In this document: one piece after another, positions 11,024 through 23,374 of the stretch
Layout of the letters: each line of letters opens with the position of its first letter
Numbering within the stretch: the stretch's first letter is position 1
DNA from: Paecilomyces variotii
Lineage: Eukaryota
Assembly (NCBI GenBank): GCA_004022145.1
Contig: RCNU01000008.1
DNA: 64,000 nucleotides
Reading direction: 5' to 3' (one strand)
The notes under the pieces: model-generated
What the model was told of the DNA's origin: nothing
The model's input: the letters and a program-made list of their open reading frames with translations, nothing else
Databases searched by the model: none
Position numbers and translations under genes: made by a program

Positions 11024-13435
11024 TTACTGCTGAGCTCCTTCCGTTCCGGGAAGCGGATAATAATATCCTTGATCCAGGGAACTATTCAGGCTCCCGAAAT
11101 CGAGCTTCATAAGCAACCGATCCACGCCGGCTGCTTTACGCGGGACGTAGTCATACATATCCATGGGCTGCGTGGGAGCAGGAGCGGCGACGGGTACGGC
11201 CGCGGTTCGATTGGGGTTGCCCAGATCGAATAATCGACGGCCCTCGCCAGAACGACTATCGTCGATGTCTCGTAATCGTGCAATGACGTCTTTGATACCA
11301 GTCTCGATTTCGTTGCAGGTCTCGCGTAACTCGTGTCGGATGGAAGTCTCTTCTCGCGCGTAGTCTGCTAGGGCGTCGACGACGCCTTCGTCCGTTTCGA
11401 GGTCCAGATTTCGCTGGACAGCCTCGAGACGGCTGACGAGGGCAATGAGATGGTCGATATTGGTGAGAAGAGAGCGGAGTGCGCTGGTGAAGGGGACGTC
11501 GGTCAGGAAGAGAGACTGCACGAGGGAGGCGATGTAACGACGATGTGCGACAGTGAGCGCTTCTGGGTCATGAGGCTGATGGTGGAGTTGAGCTGATTGA
11601 TTGAATGGATTGTCCGTGGCTGTCGTTTCACCAGATGCGGTGCGGTGGATTTGTTTCATTGAATGCCCCGTTCCAGGCCGAGAGCTTGCTTTGGAGGATG
11701 TTCCTGGCCGGGATGCTGGTCGTGATAATGGACTGGATGAAGTGCCTTCGATGGATTCTCGAAGGTGCTGCCACGAACCGTTGATTACCTCGCCCTGGAA
11801 ATAGCTTCCTATCTCTGATAAGACAAAAAGAGAAGCGCTGCTTGTGGCCCAGATACGTCTCATTTGTACTGTTCGTGCGTTCTCCCGCTGTCTGCGTATC
11901 CGAAGCTGGTATTCTCCGCCTCTCTTATTGCTTCGAGGAGGACCCCATGGAGAAGGATAACTCCGCCGAAGAGAGGTATGCTTCCAGAGGTCGCCTAGTC
12001 GGATTTGTGCTCGGCGGATACCAAGGAGATACGAGTGTATCCTAGAGTAGATAGCTATGTCCGATGCGGCAAGAAACAAATCAAGAGGAGGGCGGACTTG
12101 GAGTGAGAGAGAGGTCGGGGTTGGGAAGAGAAGGTCGTCGAAAGAGACACTGGAGATCTCAGCAATCAAGCTAGGACCAGAACCATCTTGAGGCGTCGCT
12201 GCACGGCTGCTTTTCTTGCTGCTGACGGATAAACGAAGCAAGTCCCGCGCGAGTTCCAACTCGTCGTCAACGGGATCTTCTTCGTTCTGAAGAGAGGCCA
12301 GTTCTGCCCATGTCTGAGTAAGAACTGCCATCGCTTCTCCCTCCTTGATGGCGAGGCCATCTAGGCTGCCAGCTGTCCTGGATCGGTGTCGTCCATAAAT
12401 ACGCTTATCAGCTTGTGACACCAGCGCCATTGCAAATTCGCCGCGACCCAAAAGAAGGAAGTCATGGAGCAGAGACAGAACCTCAAGAATCTTGGGTAAC
12501 GGAAGAAGCTTGGAGAGAGCCGTTTGCGACAGCGATAATCGAATAGCAGTTATGGCGTTTGAGAAATTTGTCCGTGATATAGGCGATGCCAGAGAAGAAA
12601 GGTGCCCAATATGATCTCCCTGCAGGGTCACCTGCGACAGAGAACTCTGTGAAGCATCTGCTGTGGACGTTTTCCGCTTGGCTCTGATGTGGTTCAGAGA
12701 TTTCCCTATGAACAGGATCGACGACGCTGTAGTAGACGAGACGAACTTTGGAAGCAAGTCTGCATGCATGACGAAATCCAGCCCATCTCCCTCGTTGCTC
12801 GTATCTTCCTGGATAAAGAAGTCCTCCTTCCCGAAAGTAGGCAAATTTCCGTACAGTAGCCACATCGATAGTTGTCTCATCCATGCTGTCTCCGCCGCTT
12901 TTACCAGCTGTACTGCCATCTCCTCCAGGTCGATATAACCAGTCTGCGACTCCTTCCGCAGGTAATCAATGACGGCCGCGCCGCTGCAATTACCCGGTCC
13001 TCTATCCTGCGTCGAATCTGGTTTCATGAACCGAGCCACCTCCCACAACCATTCCATCCTCCGTGTCCAGGGAGCGAATTCCCCGACAAGGGTCGACAGA
13101 GGAACTATCCCGTATCCTCCCACATAGCTGCTATCGTTGAGGAGAATGCTCTTTTCCACCTCCACGATCTTCTTCTGGAATCGCCCTAGGTGCTCCGTTG
13201 CAATTGCCGTGGAGACTGCCCGACATATAGTTGAAGGATGCGCAGCAGAAATCTTGGAGGTATGAGCGCGGAGAAGAGCATGGAGACGACTCAGCCGCGC
13301 AAGGGAATCGAGGAGGGCCTTTTCTGGCGGTGACAGCAGTGGAAAAGATGACCGAGTAGGGTCTCCCTTCTCCGTCTGGGTGTCGAGGAGCGGAGACGGT
13401 TGGCCGGAGAGGGAGAGCAGGATCTCATGGAGCAT
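11024..13435 (-). CDS. GCP4: Gamma-tubulin complex component GCP4 (Spc97/Spc98 family)
   Basis: 803-aa single ORF. N-terminal MLHEILLSLSG, ILFIGKS, FLLLGRGEFA and PLDLFL motifs are typical of GCP4. Confidence 0.88.
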   Translation of the reverse strand: MLHEILLSLSGQPSPLLDTQTEKGDPTRSSFPLLSPPEKALLDSLARLSRLHALLRAHTSKISAAHPSTICRAVSTAIATEHLGRFQKKIVEVEKSILLNDSSYVGGYGIVPLSTLVGEFAPWTRRMEWLWEVARFMKPDSTQDRGPGNCSGAAVIDYLRKESQTGYIDLEEMAVQLVKAAETAWMRQLSMWLLYGNLPTFGKEDFFIQEDTSNEGDGLDFVMHADLLPKFVSSTTASSILFIGKSLNHIRAKRKTSTADASQSSLSQVTLQGDHIGHLSSLASPISRTNFSNAITAIRLSLSQTALSKLLPLPKILEVLSLLHDFLLLGRGEFAMALVSQADKRIYGRHRSRTAGSLDGLAIKEGEAMAVLTQTWAELASLQNEEDPVDDELELARDLLRLSVSSKKSSRAATPQDGSGPSLIAEISSVSFDDLLFPTPTSLSLQVRPPLDLFLAASDIAIYSRIHSYLLGIRRAQIRLGDLWKHTSLRRSYPSPWGPPRSNKRGGEYQLRIRRQRENARTVQMRRIWATSSASLFVLSEIGSYFQGEVINGSWQHLRESIEGTSSSPLSRPASRPGTSSKASSRPGTGHSMKQIHRTASGETTATDNPFNQSAQLHHQPHDPEALTVAHRRYIASLVQSLFLTDVPFTSALRSLLTNIDHLIALVSRLEAVQRNLDLETDEGVVDALADYAREETSIRHELRETCNEIETGIKDVIARLRDIDDSRSGEGRRLFDLGNPNRTAAVPVAAPAPTQPMDMYDYVPRKAAGVDRLLMKLDFGSLNSSLDQGYYYPLPGTEGAQQ

Positions 13436-14242
13436 TCTGTTTGCAAAGGTCTATGGACACGCCGCAAAGCGGCAGGTTAATTAGTTAAAGCTGCGGTCTG
13501 GAGTCTCCGCGATGCGCTCAACGCTCAGCCCACCTGGATGGGAGGTCTCTCGTAGCCTCTGCCCGTCGACGCTGCCAGTACAAGATGCCACACCCGAGAA
13601 GCTCAAATCGGCACATCCAGAGATAGCGGTATGATCATCACTGGCTCTCGTCAATCTCTGATGGTCGTCGTGGTTGGCCCGCTACAGTGTACACGCATCA
13701 GAGACGCGGAGCGCGAAGTTGGCGGAACAGCGGCGGAGCTCTTTTGAGGCGTGCTACGTAGTTAAGGGCTACCGTCCAATGCCAAAAGACAAAAAAAAAG
13801 CCTATTTTCTTTGTTGTTGGCAGTGTACACGCTGGAATTCCCATAAGATCCCTCTAACTGCGCCCGCTGCTCAATTACTCGTACATCGCACGTTATGTTT
13901 GCCCATCCTTCCATCATGCTCGATGATTGTTGTCTCTCTGCCGCCCGTCACCGCCCTCTGCAGCCTTTGTTTTCAGGCATCCGCGGGGCTGTCTGCGCTG
14001 GAGCTGCTCTGGACCAATGAGAGGCCTCACATCCGTTAGTCATCTACCTTGTTACGTCGAGCACCGAAAGAGCCACCGCGAGCTGTTTCTCTCGCAACTC
14101 CTTCGTTTCTTACGCTCTCCATCGCTTTCTCTCCTGCTCTGCGTGTTGTTCCTGTTTCATCCTCCCTTATCAGAGTCGCCCTACTTCGTCAGGTGTAACC
14201 AGGAAGCGGTCGTTGGGTCAAGCAGACGGCTAGCGTCGCCGC

Positions 14243-14249
14243 TATATAA
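14243..14249 (+). promoter_or_regulatory. Putative TATA box of UBA1
   Basis: TATATAA about 220 nt upstream of the UBA1 ATG, following a pyrimidine-rich tract. Confidence 0.4.
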
Positions 14250-14463
14250 GCCAGTATTACAATAGCAGTCCCGCCTGTCTTTGAGCTCGACGCGATAAAG
14301 CGGTAGCCCATCTCCTGACTCTTTGTTGGAAAGTCTTGCTCGAAGCAAGGCTTTCATCTGTTAGGTCTTCACAATTCCCGCCACTACAGAGATCCGTGAA
14401 ACTTCCAAGCTGGGAAAGCGGAAAGCATCCAGTGAACAACCAGCTCGTCCCGAGAAGAAGATC

Positions 14464-17400
14464 ATGACGGTGAGTCACGCGAGCAGCAGCACTCCGGAGG
14501 CGCATAAATTGCTGTGAGAGTATCAGTACTGACAAGCATCAGGACGGCAAAATGCAGGTCGACAACCCCCAGGAGGCGGTCGAGGCTGCCAAGCAGCCGG
14601 ACATTGATGAGTCGTTGTACAGCCGGCAACTGTAGGTGTCGACTCTCTATACCTAGGTCGCAGGAGCGTCTCGAGACTAATTTGTTCTAGGTACGTCCTT
14701 GGTCATGAGGCAATGAAGCGTATGGGTTCATCGAATGTCCTGGTTGTGGGTTTGAAGGGCTTGGGTGTCGAGATTGGTAAGTAATGTAACATAGAGCTTC
14801 GAAAGGTCCCGCGGCGATCTCTAACAGCTCACCTTACAGCGAAGAATATCGCTCTCGCCGGTGTTAAGTCGCTTACACTTTATGACCCCGCTCCCGTCGC
14901 CATCTCCGACCTCTCCTCCCAGTTCTTCCTGCATCCAGACGACGTGGGCAAGCGCCGCGATGAAGTAACCGCTCCACGTGTGGCAGAGCTCAACTCCTAC
15001 GTCCCAACAACAGTCTTCGAAGGAAAGAATCTGGTCGATGACCTCTCGCAACTCAAGCGCTTCCAAGTAGTCGTTTTGACCATCACGCCGCTGAAAGAGC
15101 AGCTTGCCATTGCTGAATACTGTCACAACAATGGCATCTATATCACCATCACGGATACCTTTGGTCTTTTTGGTTACGTCTTTAACGATTTTGGAAAGAA
15201 TTTCACGGTGGGAGACGCAAATGGAGAGAATCCTGTCAGCGGAATTGTTGCGGATATTGATGACGACGGTCTTGTCTCTGCGTTGGACGAGACCAGACAC
15301 GGTTTGGAGGATGGTGACTACGTGACTTTCACGGAGATCAAGGGCATGGAAGGACTTAACAACTCTGCCCCTCGAAAGGTCACCGTCAAGGGACCTTACA
15401 CTTTCTCCATTGGAGATGTCTCTGGTCTCGGGAAGTACCAGGGCGGTGGTCTCTTTACCCAGGTGAAGATGCCTAAGTTCATCGATTTCCAGCCTCTGTC
15501 CGAGCAGATTAAGAAGCCGGAGCTCCTGATCTCTGATTTCGCCAAGTTTGATCGCCCGCAGCAACTGCACGTGGGTATTCAGGCTCTGCACAAGTTTGCG
15601 GAGGCTCACGACGGCCAACTCCCTCGTCCTCACGGTGAAAGTGATGCAGAGGAGGTGTGGAAGATTGCTCAGGGTCTGGCTGGTGAAGGCGAAGAGAAGG
15701 TTGAGCTGGACGAGAAGCTGATTAAGGAGCTCAGCTACCAGGCTCGGGGAGACCTCAACCCGATGGCTGCGTTCTTCGGAGGTCTCGCCGCCCAGGAAGT
15801 TCTCAAGGCTGTCTCCGGCAAATTTAATCCCGTTGTCCAATGGATGTACGTTGACTCGCTCGAGTCTCTGCCCGAGTCGGTCACTCGCTCGGAGGAGACC
15901 TGTAAGCCTCTGGGTACCCGCTATGACGGGCAGATCGCGGTATTCGGCAAGGAATTCCAAGAGAAGATTTCGAATGTCCGTCAGTTCCTCGTTGGCGCAG
16001 GTGCCATCGGATGTGAGATGCTGAAGAACTGGGCTATGATCGGCTTGGGTACCGGTCCCAAGGGTAAGATCAGTGTCACAGATATGGATCAGATTGAGAG
16101 GAGCAACCTGAACCGACAGTTTCTATTCCGATCGAAGGATGTCGGAAAGCTGAAGAGTGAATGCGCCTCCGCTGCGGTGCAGGCCATGAACCCCGAATTG
16201 CAAGGAAAGATCGTGACACTGCGAGACCGTGTCGGGCCCGACACGGAGCACGTCTTCAACGAAGAGTTCTGGGAGGACCTCGACGTGGTAACGAATGCTC
16301 TTGACAACGTTGATGCGAGAACCTACGTTGACCGCCGGTGTGTTTTCTTCCGCAAGCCCTTGTTGGAGAGTGGAACTCTTGGGACCAAGGGTAATACGCA
16401 GGTGATCCTGCCGGGCTTGACCGAGTCGTACTCGAGCTCTCAGGACCCGCCAGAGCAGTCTTTCCCCATGTGTACCTTGAAGAGTTTCCCCAACCGTATT
16501 GAACATACCATTGCGTGGGCACGGGATCTCTTCCAGACTTACTTCGTCGGACCTCCCGAGGCTGTGAACATGTACCTCTCTCAACCCAACTACATTGAAC
16601 AAACCTTGAAACAGGCTGGCAATGAGAAGCAGACGCTGGAACACCTGAACAGCTTCCTGGTTACCGACAAGCCACTGAGCTTCGACGACTGCATTGTATG
16701 GGCTCGCCAACAGTTTGAGGCCCAGTACAACAATGCCATCCAGCAACTACTGTACAATTTCCCTAAGGATTCCAAGACCTCGACTGGTCAGCCTTTCTGG
16801 TCTGGCCCCAAGCGTGCACCGACACCGCTGAAGTTTGATCCCACGAACCCCACACACATTGGTTTCATCATCGCTGCTGCCAATCTGCATGCGTTCAACT
16901 ACGGCATTAAGAGCCCGCCCGTGGATAAGGAACACTACCGAAAGGTGGTTGAGAACATGATTATCCCTGAATTCACGCCCAGTTCCAGTGTGAAGATCCA
17001 GGCGAATGAGAACGACCCCGATCCCAATGCTCAACCTTCTGGATCTTCCTTCGATGACAACGAGGAGATCAAGCGCCTCGTCGAGTCTCTTCCATCACCG
17101 AAGTCCCTCGCTGGATTCCGTCTTCACCCTGTGGAGTTCGAGAAGGATGATGACACGAACCATCACATTGACTTCATCACGGCGGCCAGCAATCTCCGTG
17201 CTGAGAACTACGACATCCCGCAGGCTGATCGTCACAAGACGAAGTTCATCGCCGGCAAGATCATCCCTGCCATCGCGACCACCACGGCCCTGGTCACCGG
17301 TCTGGTTATCCTCGAGCTGTACAAGATCATCGATGGCAAGCAGGATATCGAAAAGTACAAGAATGGCTTCGTCAACCTGGCGCTTCCATTCTTTGGCTTC

Positions 17401-17819
17401 AGTGAGCCGATTGCCAGCCCCAAGGGCAAGTACCAGGGCAAGAACGGCGAAGTCACCATCGACAAGCTCTGGGACCGTTTTGAGGTCGATGATATTCCCC
17501 TGCAGGACTTCCTCAAGCACTTCGAGGATCTTGGACTGGAGATCAGCATGGTCAGCTCCGGAGTCAGCTTGCTCTATGCCAGCTTCTATGGCGGAAGCAA
17601 GGTCAAGGACCGTCTTCCCATGCCGTATGTACCCCTTTTGTTCAATGATGTGTGTGCGAATGCTAACTTTGGCCTTACAGGATGAGCAAGCTTCTTGAGC
17701 ACATCAGCAAGAAACCGATTCCCGAGCACCAGAAGAACGTCATCTTCGAGGTTACCGCTGACGACCAGAGCGGAGAAGACGTGGAGATTCCTTATGTGAT
17801 GGTCAAGCTGCGGAAGTAG
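14464..17819 (+). CDS. UBA1: Ubiquitin-activating enzyme E1; 5 exons, the first coding only ATG ACG
   Basis: Introns 14470-14542, 14632-14690, 14777-14839 and 17625-17680. Motifs [33 protein letters not shown], catalytic [29 protein letters not shown]. Confidence 0.97.
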
Positions 17820-18221
17820 TCCAATGTGGTCGGGTTTCTCCGGGGAGCTAGTTTACGCGAGAATGATTCATGTTGATACCGTGGAATAGAATCAATCCTA
17901 TGTAGTTTCTGTTTCTATTTTGCGTAAATCCGTGGCTTAGTTAGCCACATACATGCTGAATAATGAGTACGAACAGGCGACGGGCTCAGTTAGTAACAAT
18001 TGCTCAGCTCTAGATCTGCTTTGTTATCGCTTTGTCATCCCGCATGTCCGGTTAGGGAGTTAACTAACGTCAACTAAATACTTAGCGAATCTTCAGTCAG
18101 CCAGAAGGCGCCGAGTGACTGCTCCACAGCGTCATCGCATCGAGCTCTGTAGAAGCTGACAAAAACCACGACTGCGCCAGCTTGCTACAACTGATCTTTT
18201 GCTGAGTCTCAGACAGATTTC

Positions 18222-19809
18222 ATGCATCGTTCACTGCTGCGATCTACTCAGCTGCTCTACCATCTTCAATCGCCAAAGCGCCCCAGCTTTGCCACTTTTT
18301 CCGTCTCCGCACGCATCTCCGCATTCAACCCCGGCGCAAGAACTATGTCGGTACGTGCACCCCCTCCATTGCCTGTTTCCTTTGCTCCCTCTCATCCTGT
18401 TTCTTTCCATTGCTCTCCCACAATTATCGATTCTAATCTTCTCCATTCAGACGGGAAAGATCACCGATTGGGTTGATCCCAAAGACAAGTCCGGCGAGTT
18501 CAAGCGCGGAGCGTCCGTTTTCCGTAACTGGATCTCGCGAGAGCCCGGCGCAACATTCCCGCCTGAGAAGGATCGATACCATCTCTACGTCTCACATGCC
18601 TGTCCTTGGGGTATGTTTTATTGTTTTTCTGATTCAATTTTGATTGCGTTCCCATGACCCTTATCCTGGCCAAGTGACCCCAGAATTGCTGGGGAGGAAG
18701 AGAAAAGGATAGGATGTGATGAGTTTGGGTTGTGTTGTCTGTCTATGCTTATCAGAAAAAGACTGACAACGAGTCAAAAAAAAAAAACTATAGCGCATAG
18801 AACATTGATTGTCCGCAAACTCAAGGGTCTTGAGGATATCATCCCGTATACAGCCGTGCACTGGCATATGGGAGAGAAAGGTTCGTGGCATTTTCCCCTC
18901 GACTGATTATCTTATCTTTTTTTTTTTTTTTTTTTGCTCTTCTTAATAAGGAAAACTGTTCCCGTGTTGACTTTTTGGAAAGGATGGCGGTTTGCGACGC
19001 CCGATGAGAATGTCCCCGGTGACAATGTCACCCCTGACCCTATTCACCCGGAGTTTACTCATCTTCGGGATATCTATTTCTCGGTAGATCCCGAGTATAA
19101 GGGAAGATTCACCGTTCCTACTTTGTACGATAAGAAGACGAAGCGTATCGTGAGCAACGAGGTATGTATTGTTTTTCCAGCATCTATTTGAAAGACTCCA
19201 GTCAGTCCTGCAAATCTAACAATCAGATAGAGCTCCGAGATCATCCGCATGTTCTACTACGAATTCGATGACCTCCTTCCCGAAAAGTACAAGAAAGTCG
19301 ATCTCTTCCCTCCATCTCTTCGCTCCGAGATCGAAGCGACTAACGACTGGACCTACAACGACGTCAACAACGGCGTGTACAAGTCCGGCTTCGCTACCAC
19401 ACAAGAAGCCTACGAGAAGGCCGTCAAGACGCTCTTCTCATCCCTTGATCGGATTGAAGCTCATCTGGCAGAGCGTCAAGCCAAGTCTTCCTCGCCCTTC
19501 TACTTCGGCGACTCTGTCACTGAGGCTGATGTTCGTCTCTACACGACTGTTATCCGCTTTGATCCCGTGTACGTCCAGCATTTCAAGTGCAATATTCGCG
19601 ATATCAGATCCGGATACCCGGCTATTCATCGTTGGTTGAGAGCGCTGTATTGGGATATTCCGGCTTTCAAGGAGACGACCCAGTTTGAGCACATCAAGAA
19701 GCATTATACGAAGAGTCATGCACAGATTAACCAGTTTGCGATCACCCCCGTGGGACCTGTGCCGGATATTCTGCCGAAGGATCAAGAGGTCGCGGCAGTG
19801 AGGAAGTAA
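18222..19809 (+). CDS. ECM4: Omega-like glutathione transferase / glutathionyl-hydroquinone reductase (ECM4 family); 5 exons; alternative start at 18345
   Basis: Introns 18351-18450, 18611-18793, 18881-18982 and 19162-19230. Motifs RYHLYVSHACPWAHR, FTVPTLYD, IVSNESSEIIRM, NNGVYKSGFA, RFDPVYVQHFKCN. Confidence 0.92.
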
Positions 19810-20591
19810 AGGGTTCCATTGAATGTTACGACCAGCTCGAGCCATCTGATGTATAAGATATCATGAGAATAATGAATGGAATGGAATGATCAGATACAAG
19901 CAAGTATGCGCGAAGCTGGAAAAAACGAAAATAAAGAATAACGTAAATTAAGTGCACTGTATCCTCCAATATGGCGACGTGCGTTCTATCTAGGCGCCAT
20001 AAATGTCAAGGTGACCAAGCATGACGTAGGTTAAGTCGTTAAAATACAAAACGTTCATCTTTCGAAAACGGAGTATAGACCTCCTGTATATATGAAAGAT
20101 TGTGTTCCACGTAAATCAAAAATCCTCCTATATTTGAGGACACCGAGCCAAGTCACGCCATGCTATGCTGTCTATGTGCAGTTGGTGTCAAAAGATGAAA
20201 ACAAGTTTTATACATACATTTGCCTCGGCAGATGGAAGTCGTCTGATCAGATGACTCGGATATGCACGCCGCTGGATCGGAGAAAAGATGACAGAATGCC
20301 AAAAATGGACCGTGTGCAAGACCGGACAAAAAGCGAACAAGTAGACTTCTAGACAAAGTGACGCTGTCAGATGCGGTATCATCTGTAGCAAAACAGAAAA
20401 AAAATTTGCGGCGGCATAATCAGTTGCGCCTTCACCACCCCGAGGATGGTCCTGTGGGTATCTAAAGGTTTCAAAAGAAAGAAGGATAGGGCCGCTCAGA
20501 GATGAAACCGATTACATCTGAACGGACCCCTAAGCATCTAACCCGTCTGACATCCGAGACGAGCAGTGAATGAGCTCTTAAGGACAAGCCA

Positions 20592-22741
20592 TCACCTCAG
20601 ACCCAGTAATCTTTTCGCGTTTTCGTAGACGACATAGCTGATAGAGACCGCCGGAGCAACTTTCAGCAGGTTAGGTGTAATACCTCTGTAGAGACCGGGA
20701 ACTCCTTCAGCTTGGAGAGTTTTTCGTGCAACATCGAGGATGCCGTCGTAGGTTCGGGGATGAAGGACCGTTCCTTGTGCCTGTAACCGGGTTCTCAGAA
20801 CATTCAACGGGTAGACGATGGAAGCGCTCAGGGCACCACTGAAGGCACCAATAGCACCAGTGGTGAAATTGTTGAGAGGGACATCATCTTCATGGCAGCC
20901 ATGGATACGAGCCTTGCGCGCGAGGAGGCCTCTCTTCAGATATTCAAACGTGGTGAGGTCGATAGCCGCGTAGGGGAACATGCCAATAAGGCCCAGCGGC
21001 AAACCGCGAAAGAAGCCATACACGCCATACTGCTGTATGACTTTCCTGGCCGTGGCAACGATGAGTTTGTTCCCTTTCAAACCACCCTCAACCGTTTCAC
21101 ACTGCATGCGACTGGAAACAATAAGCATCTCATTCATAGAACATCGGGGTGAACCTAGATAACTTACAACTTAAGGGTGTCGATCGGGTAAGCGAAACAC
21201 CTCGTGAACGTCAGCACCAGTACCAGTTAGATTCAGGAACATAGCAACATACTGAGCGACCATTCCACCAAGGCCACCTGATAGAAACTGTGACGTTGGA
21301 AGCAGTTTCTTTGTGTCGTTATGGCCTTCTAGTCGAGCGAACGCTCGTTTTGATGCCTTTATGGTCAACAACAGGGCCAATAGACATCGAATCGATTTAC
21401 TTACCTCATAAGCACCAAACTTAATAGCAGATTCTGGCATAACCTTCACGACATTCAAGCCATTTCCTGCGTCCGTTAGTTGGTCCACTCTGAATGTCTC
21501 GGGCCTTTCTGTGGGGAAACGAACCTGCAAACAGACTCCTGATGCCACCTGCTCTCCAAAGATCTTGGATGGCAACGAGAAGTGTCCTTGAAGCCTTTCC
21601 CGCCGCTTGAAGCGGTGCCCCTTTCTTCGCCGCATGGACAGCCTCCTGCCTGACGCCGGTCTGAGCGATGAGGTAAACTTTAAGACGATCGAGAGGGGCT
21701 GTCGCTGTCCGTGAGACGACGCCAGCAATTCCGCCAGCAATGAAGTAACCTAATTGAGGCGTGTTCTCCGTCAACTTCTGTTCATAATATCGGAATGACA
21801 TCCACATGGCTACAGTCCGGGGCAAGGGCAACCATTCCAATTCGAAGTCGCCATCCAGAGATACCAGATCAGGGTTGGACTTGGATTCCAATGTGTATCG
21901 CTCGCCAAGATCCGTAGGTCGAGTGGTGCAGAATTGTGAGATCGGGGCTTGGAATACGTAGTACAGGAATTTCCTGATGGCTAGGAGGAAACGTTTAAGA
22001 AACGAGAGGTCTATACCTAAACCCTGCAGATCATTGATGTGGACGTCGCCCTCCGGGTTTAGATTTCCAATGGCCGAATAGTATGAGAGGACTGCGCGCA
22101 AGTCGGACGACGGTTTGACGGGCAAGAAGAGGAGGAAGTCCCTGGGTGTGATCAGTCGGATGATTCACTAATTGCACTTGACCAGTATGCGCATACCTCC
22201 ACTCCTCATATGTGATAACGCCATCCCTGTTGGTATCCACCTCTTGAAAAAATTCGTCGAACTTTGCGCTCGAGACGGTGACTCCAGCCTTGGAGAAGGC
22301 GGTCCTTAGTTCATCCTTGTCGATCTCACCGTTATGGTTTCTATCGATGCTCTCGAACAACCTCCATAGTTCTTTCTCAGCAAAGTCGACAAACACGCGG
22401 AATTCTGACGATGGTTAGTTGGCACGAGCAAAATCGGCATGCGGCCAGAAGGCTAAAGCGCCGATGATCGTACCAGAATATTGGATATGTCCATCGCCGC
22501 TGGTATCTACCGTCTGCAGCACACTGCGGAGCATATCATCTGCATTTTTAAGAGCTTCATCCCAGTCAGCCGACGGCAGGAGCACGTGCAGGGGTCACAG
22601 ATGGTCCTCACGGTGATCGATTTTCTTCAATCCCTTCTTGAGACCCTTGAAATCGATCTGACCTTCCCGGCGAGTGTCTAACGTCTCCCAGAGTTTGTTG
22701 ATCCTCTGATCGCGCTCGTGTTGGGACTCGCCGGGCGGCAT
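20592..22741 (-). CDS. SAL1: Calcium-binding mitochondrial ATP-Mg/Pi carrier (Sal1/SCaMC family); multi-exon
   Basis: EF-hands (DTSGDGHIQY, DRNHNGEID, DTNRDGVIT) followed by three carrier repeats (APLDRLKV, YPIDTLKF, YPLNVLRTRLQ). Introns read at 22611-22555, 22473-22405, 22196-22142, 21524-21467, 21404-21357, 21252-21201 and 21167-21112, plus an optional one at 22016-21750. Confidence 0.93.
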
Positions 22742-23374
22742 GATGAAGGCGCAGTGAAATTAATCTCAGGCGTCTTTCATTATCTTTTGGAACGGAGGCT
22801 CGATCTGTCGTAAGGAGGTATCCTGAGATCACGGGGAAGCAAGGATAGCGATAACGCGCTGCGCATCAGAACAAGCAGGTGGACACGCGGGGTAACAGTA
22901 TGCAAGACATGCAAGATGCTGCGATAATGGTGATGATGGATTGGAAGTTCCCAGAGTCTTGGTCTGGTCTTGGTCCTTACGCCATAGCCGGCCAGCCGGG
23001 CGAAAGCCGGCTAAGGTTAACTGGAAGGGCTCCAGCCCTACTATTCCTCTTTGGGCCTGACTGACTCTTTTGGCTTCATCAACCACCGGCATAGTAGTTA
23101 TATCGTTCATTTCAGCCTTTATCACCCCGTCAAGAGCAAGATGCTATGATGCAGTGGTGATGATCCCATGGTGTGTCTTGTCGAGGCTGCTCCTGGTCCT
23201 GTCGTGGCCGTTTGATGACAGACTGTCCCCTCCGTTATTCCGCATTTACATTCATCCATAACTATCAGCTTGTACGTCAGACTGGCTTTTCTCGAGTTGA
23301 TTGATTAATAGTTCCTTGATAAACTGTGTTTTGATCTTTCTAGTCCATTCATCTACTTAAGTGTCTCCTACATC

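Noticed and set aside
14821-17549. Long antisense ORFs inside UBA1 (e.g. 379 aa at 14821-15960)
   Set aside because: Shadow frames caused by the strong codon bias of a highly expressed gene; no recognisable motifs.
18716-18766. Box C (GTGATGA) and box D (CTGA)-like motifs in GST intron 2
   Set aside because: Only about 50 nt apart, the CTGA is the branch point, and there is no terminal stem; not a credible snoRNA.
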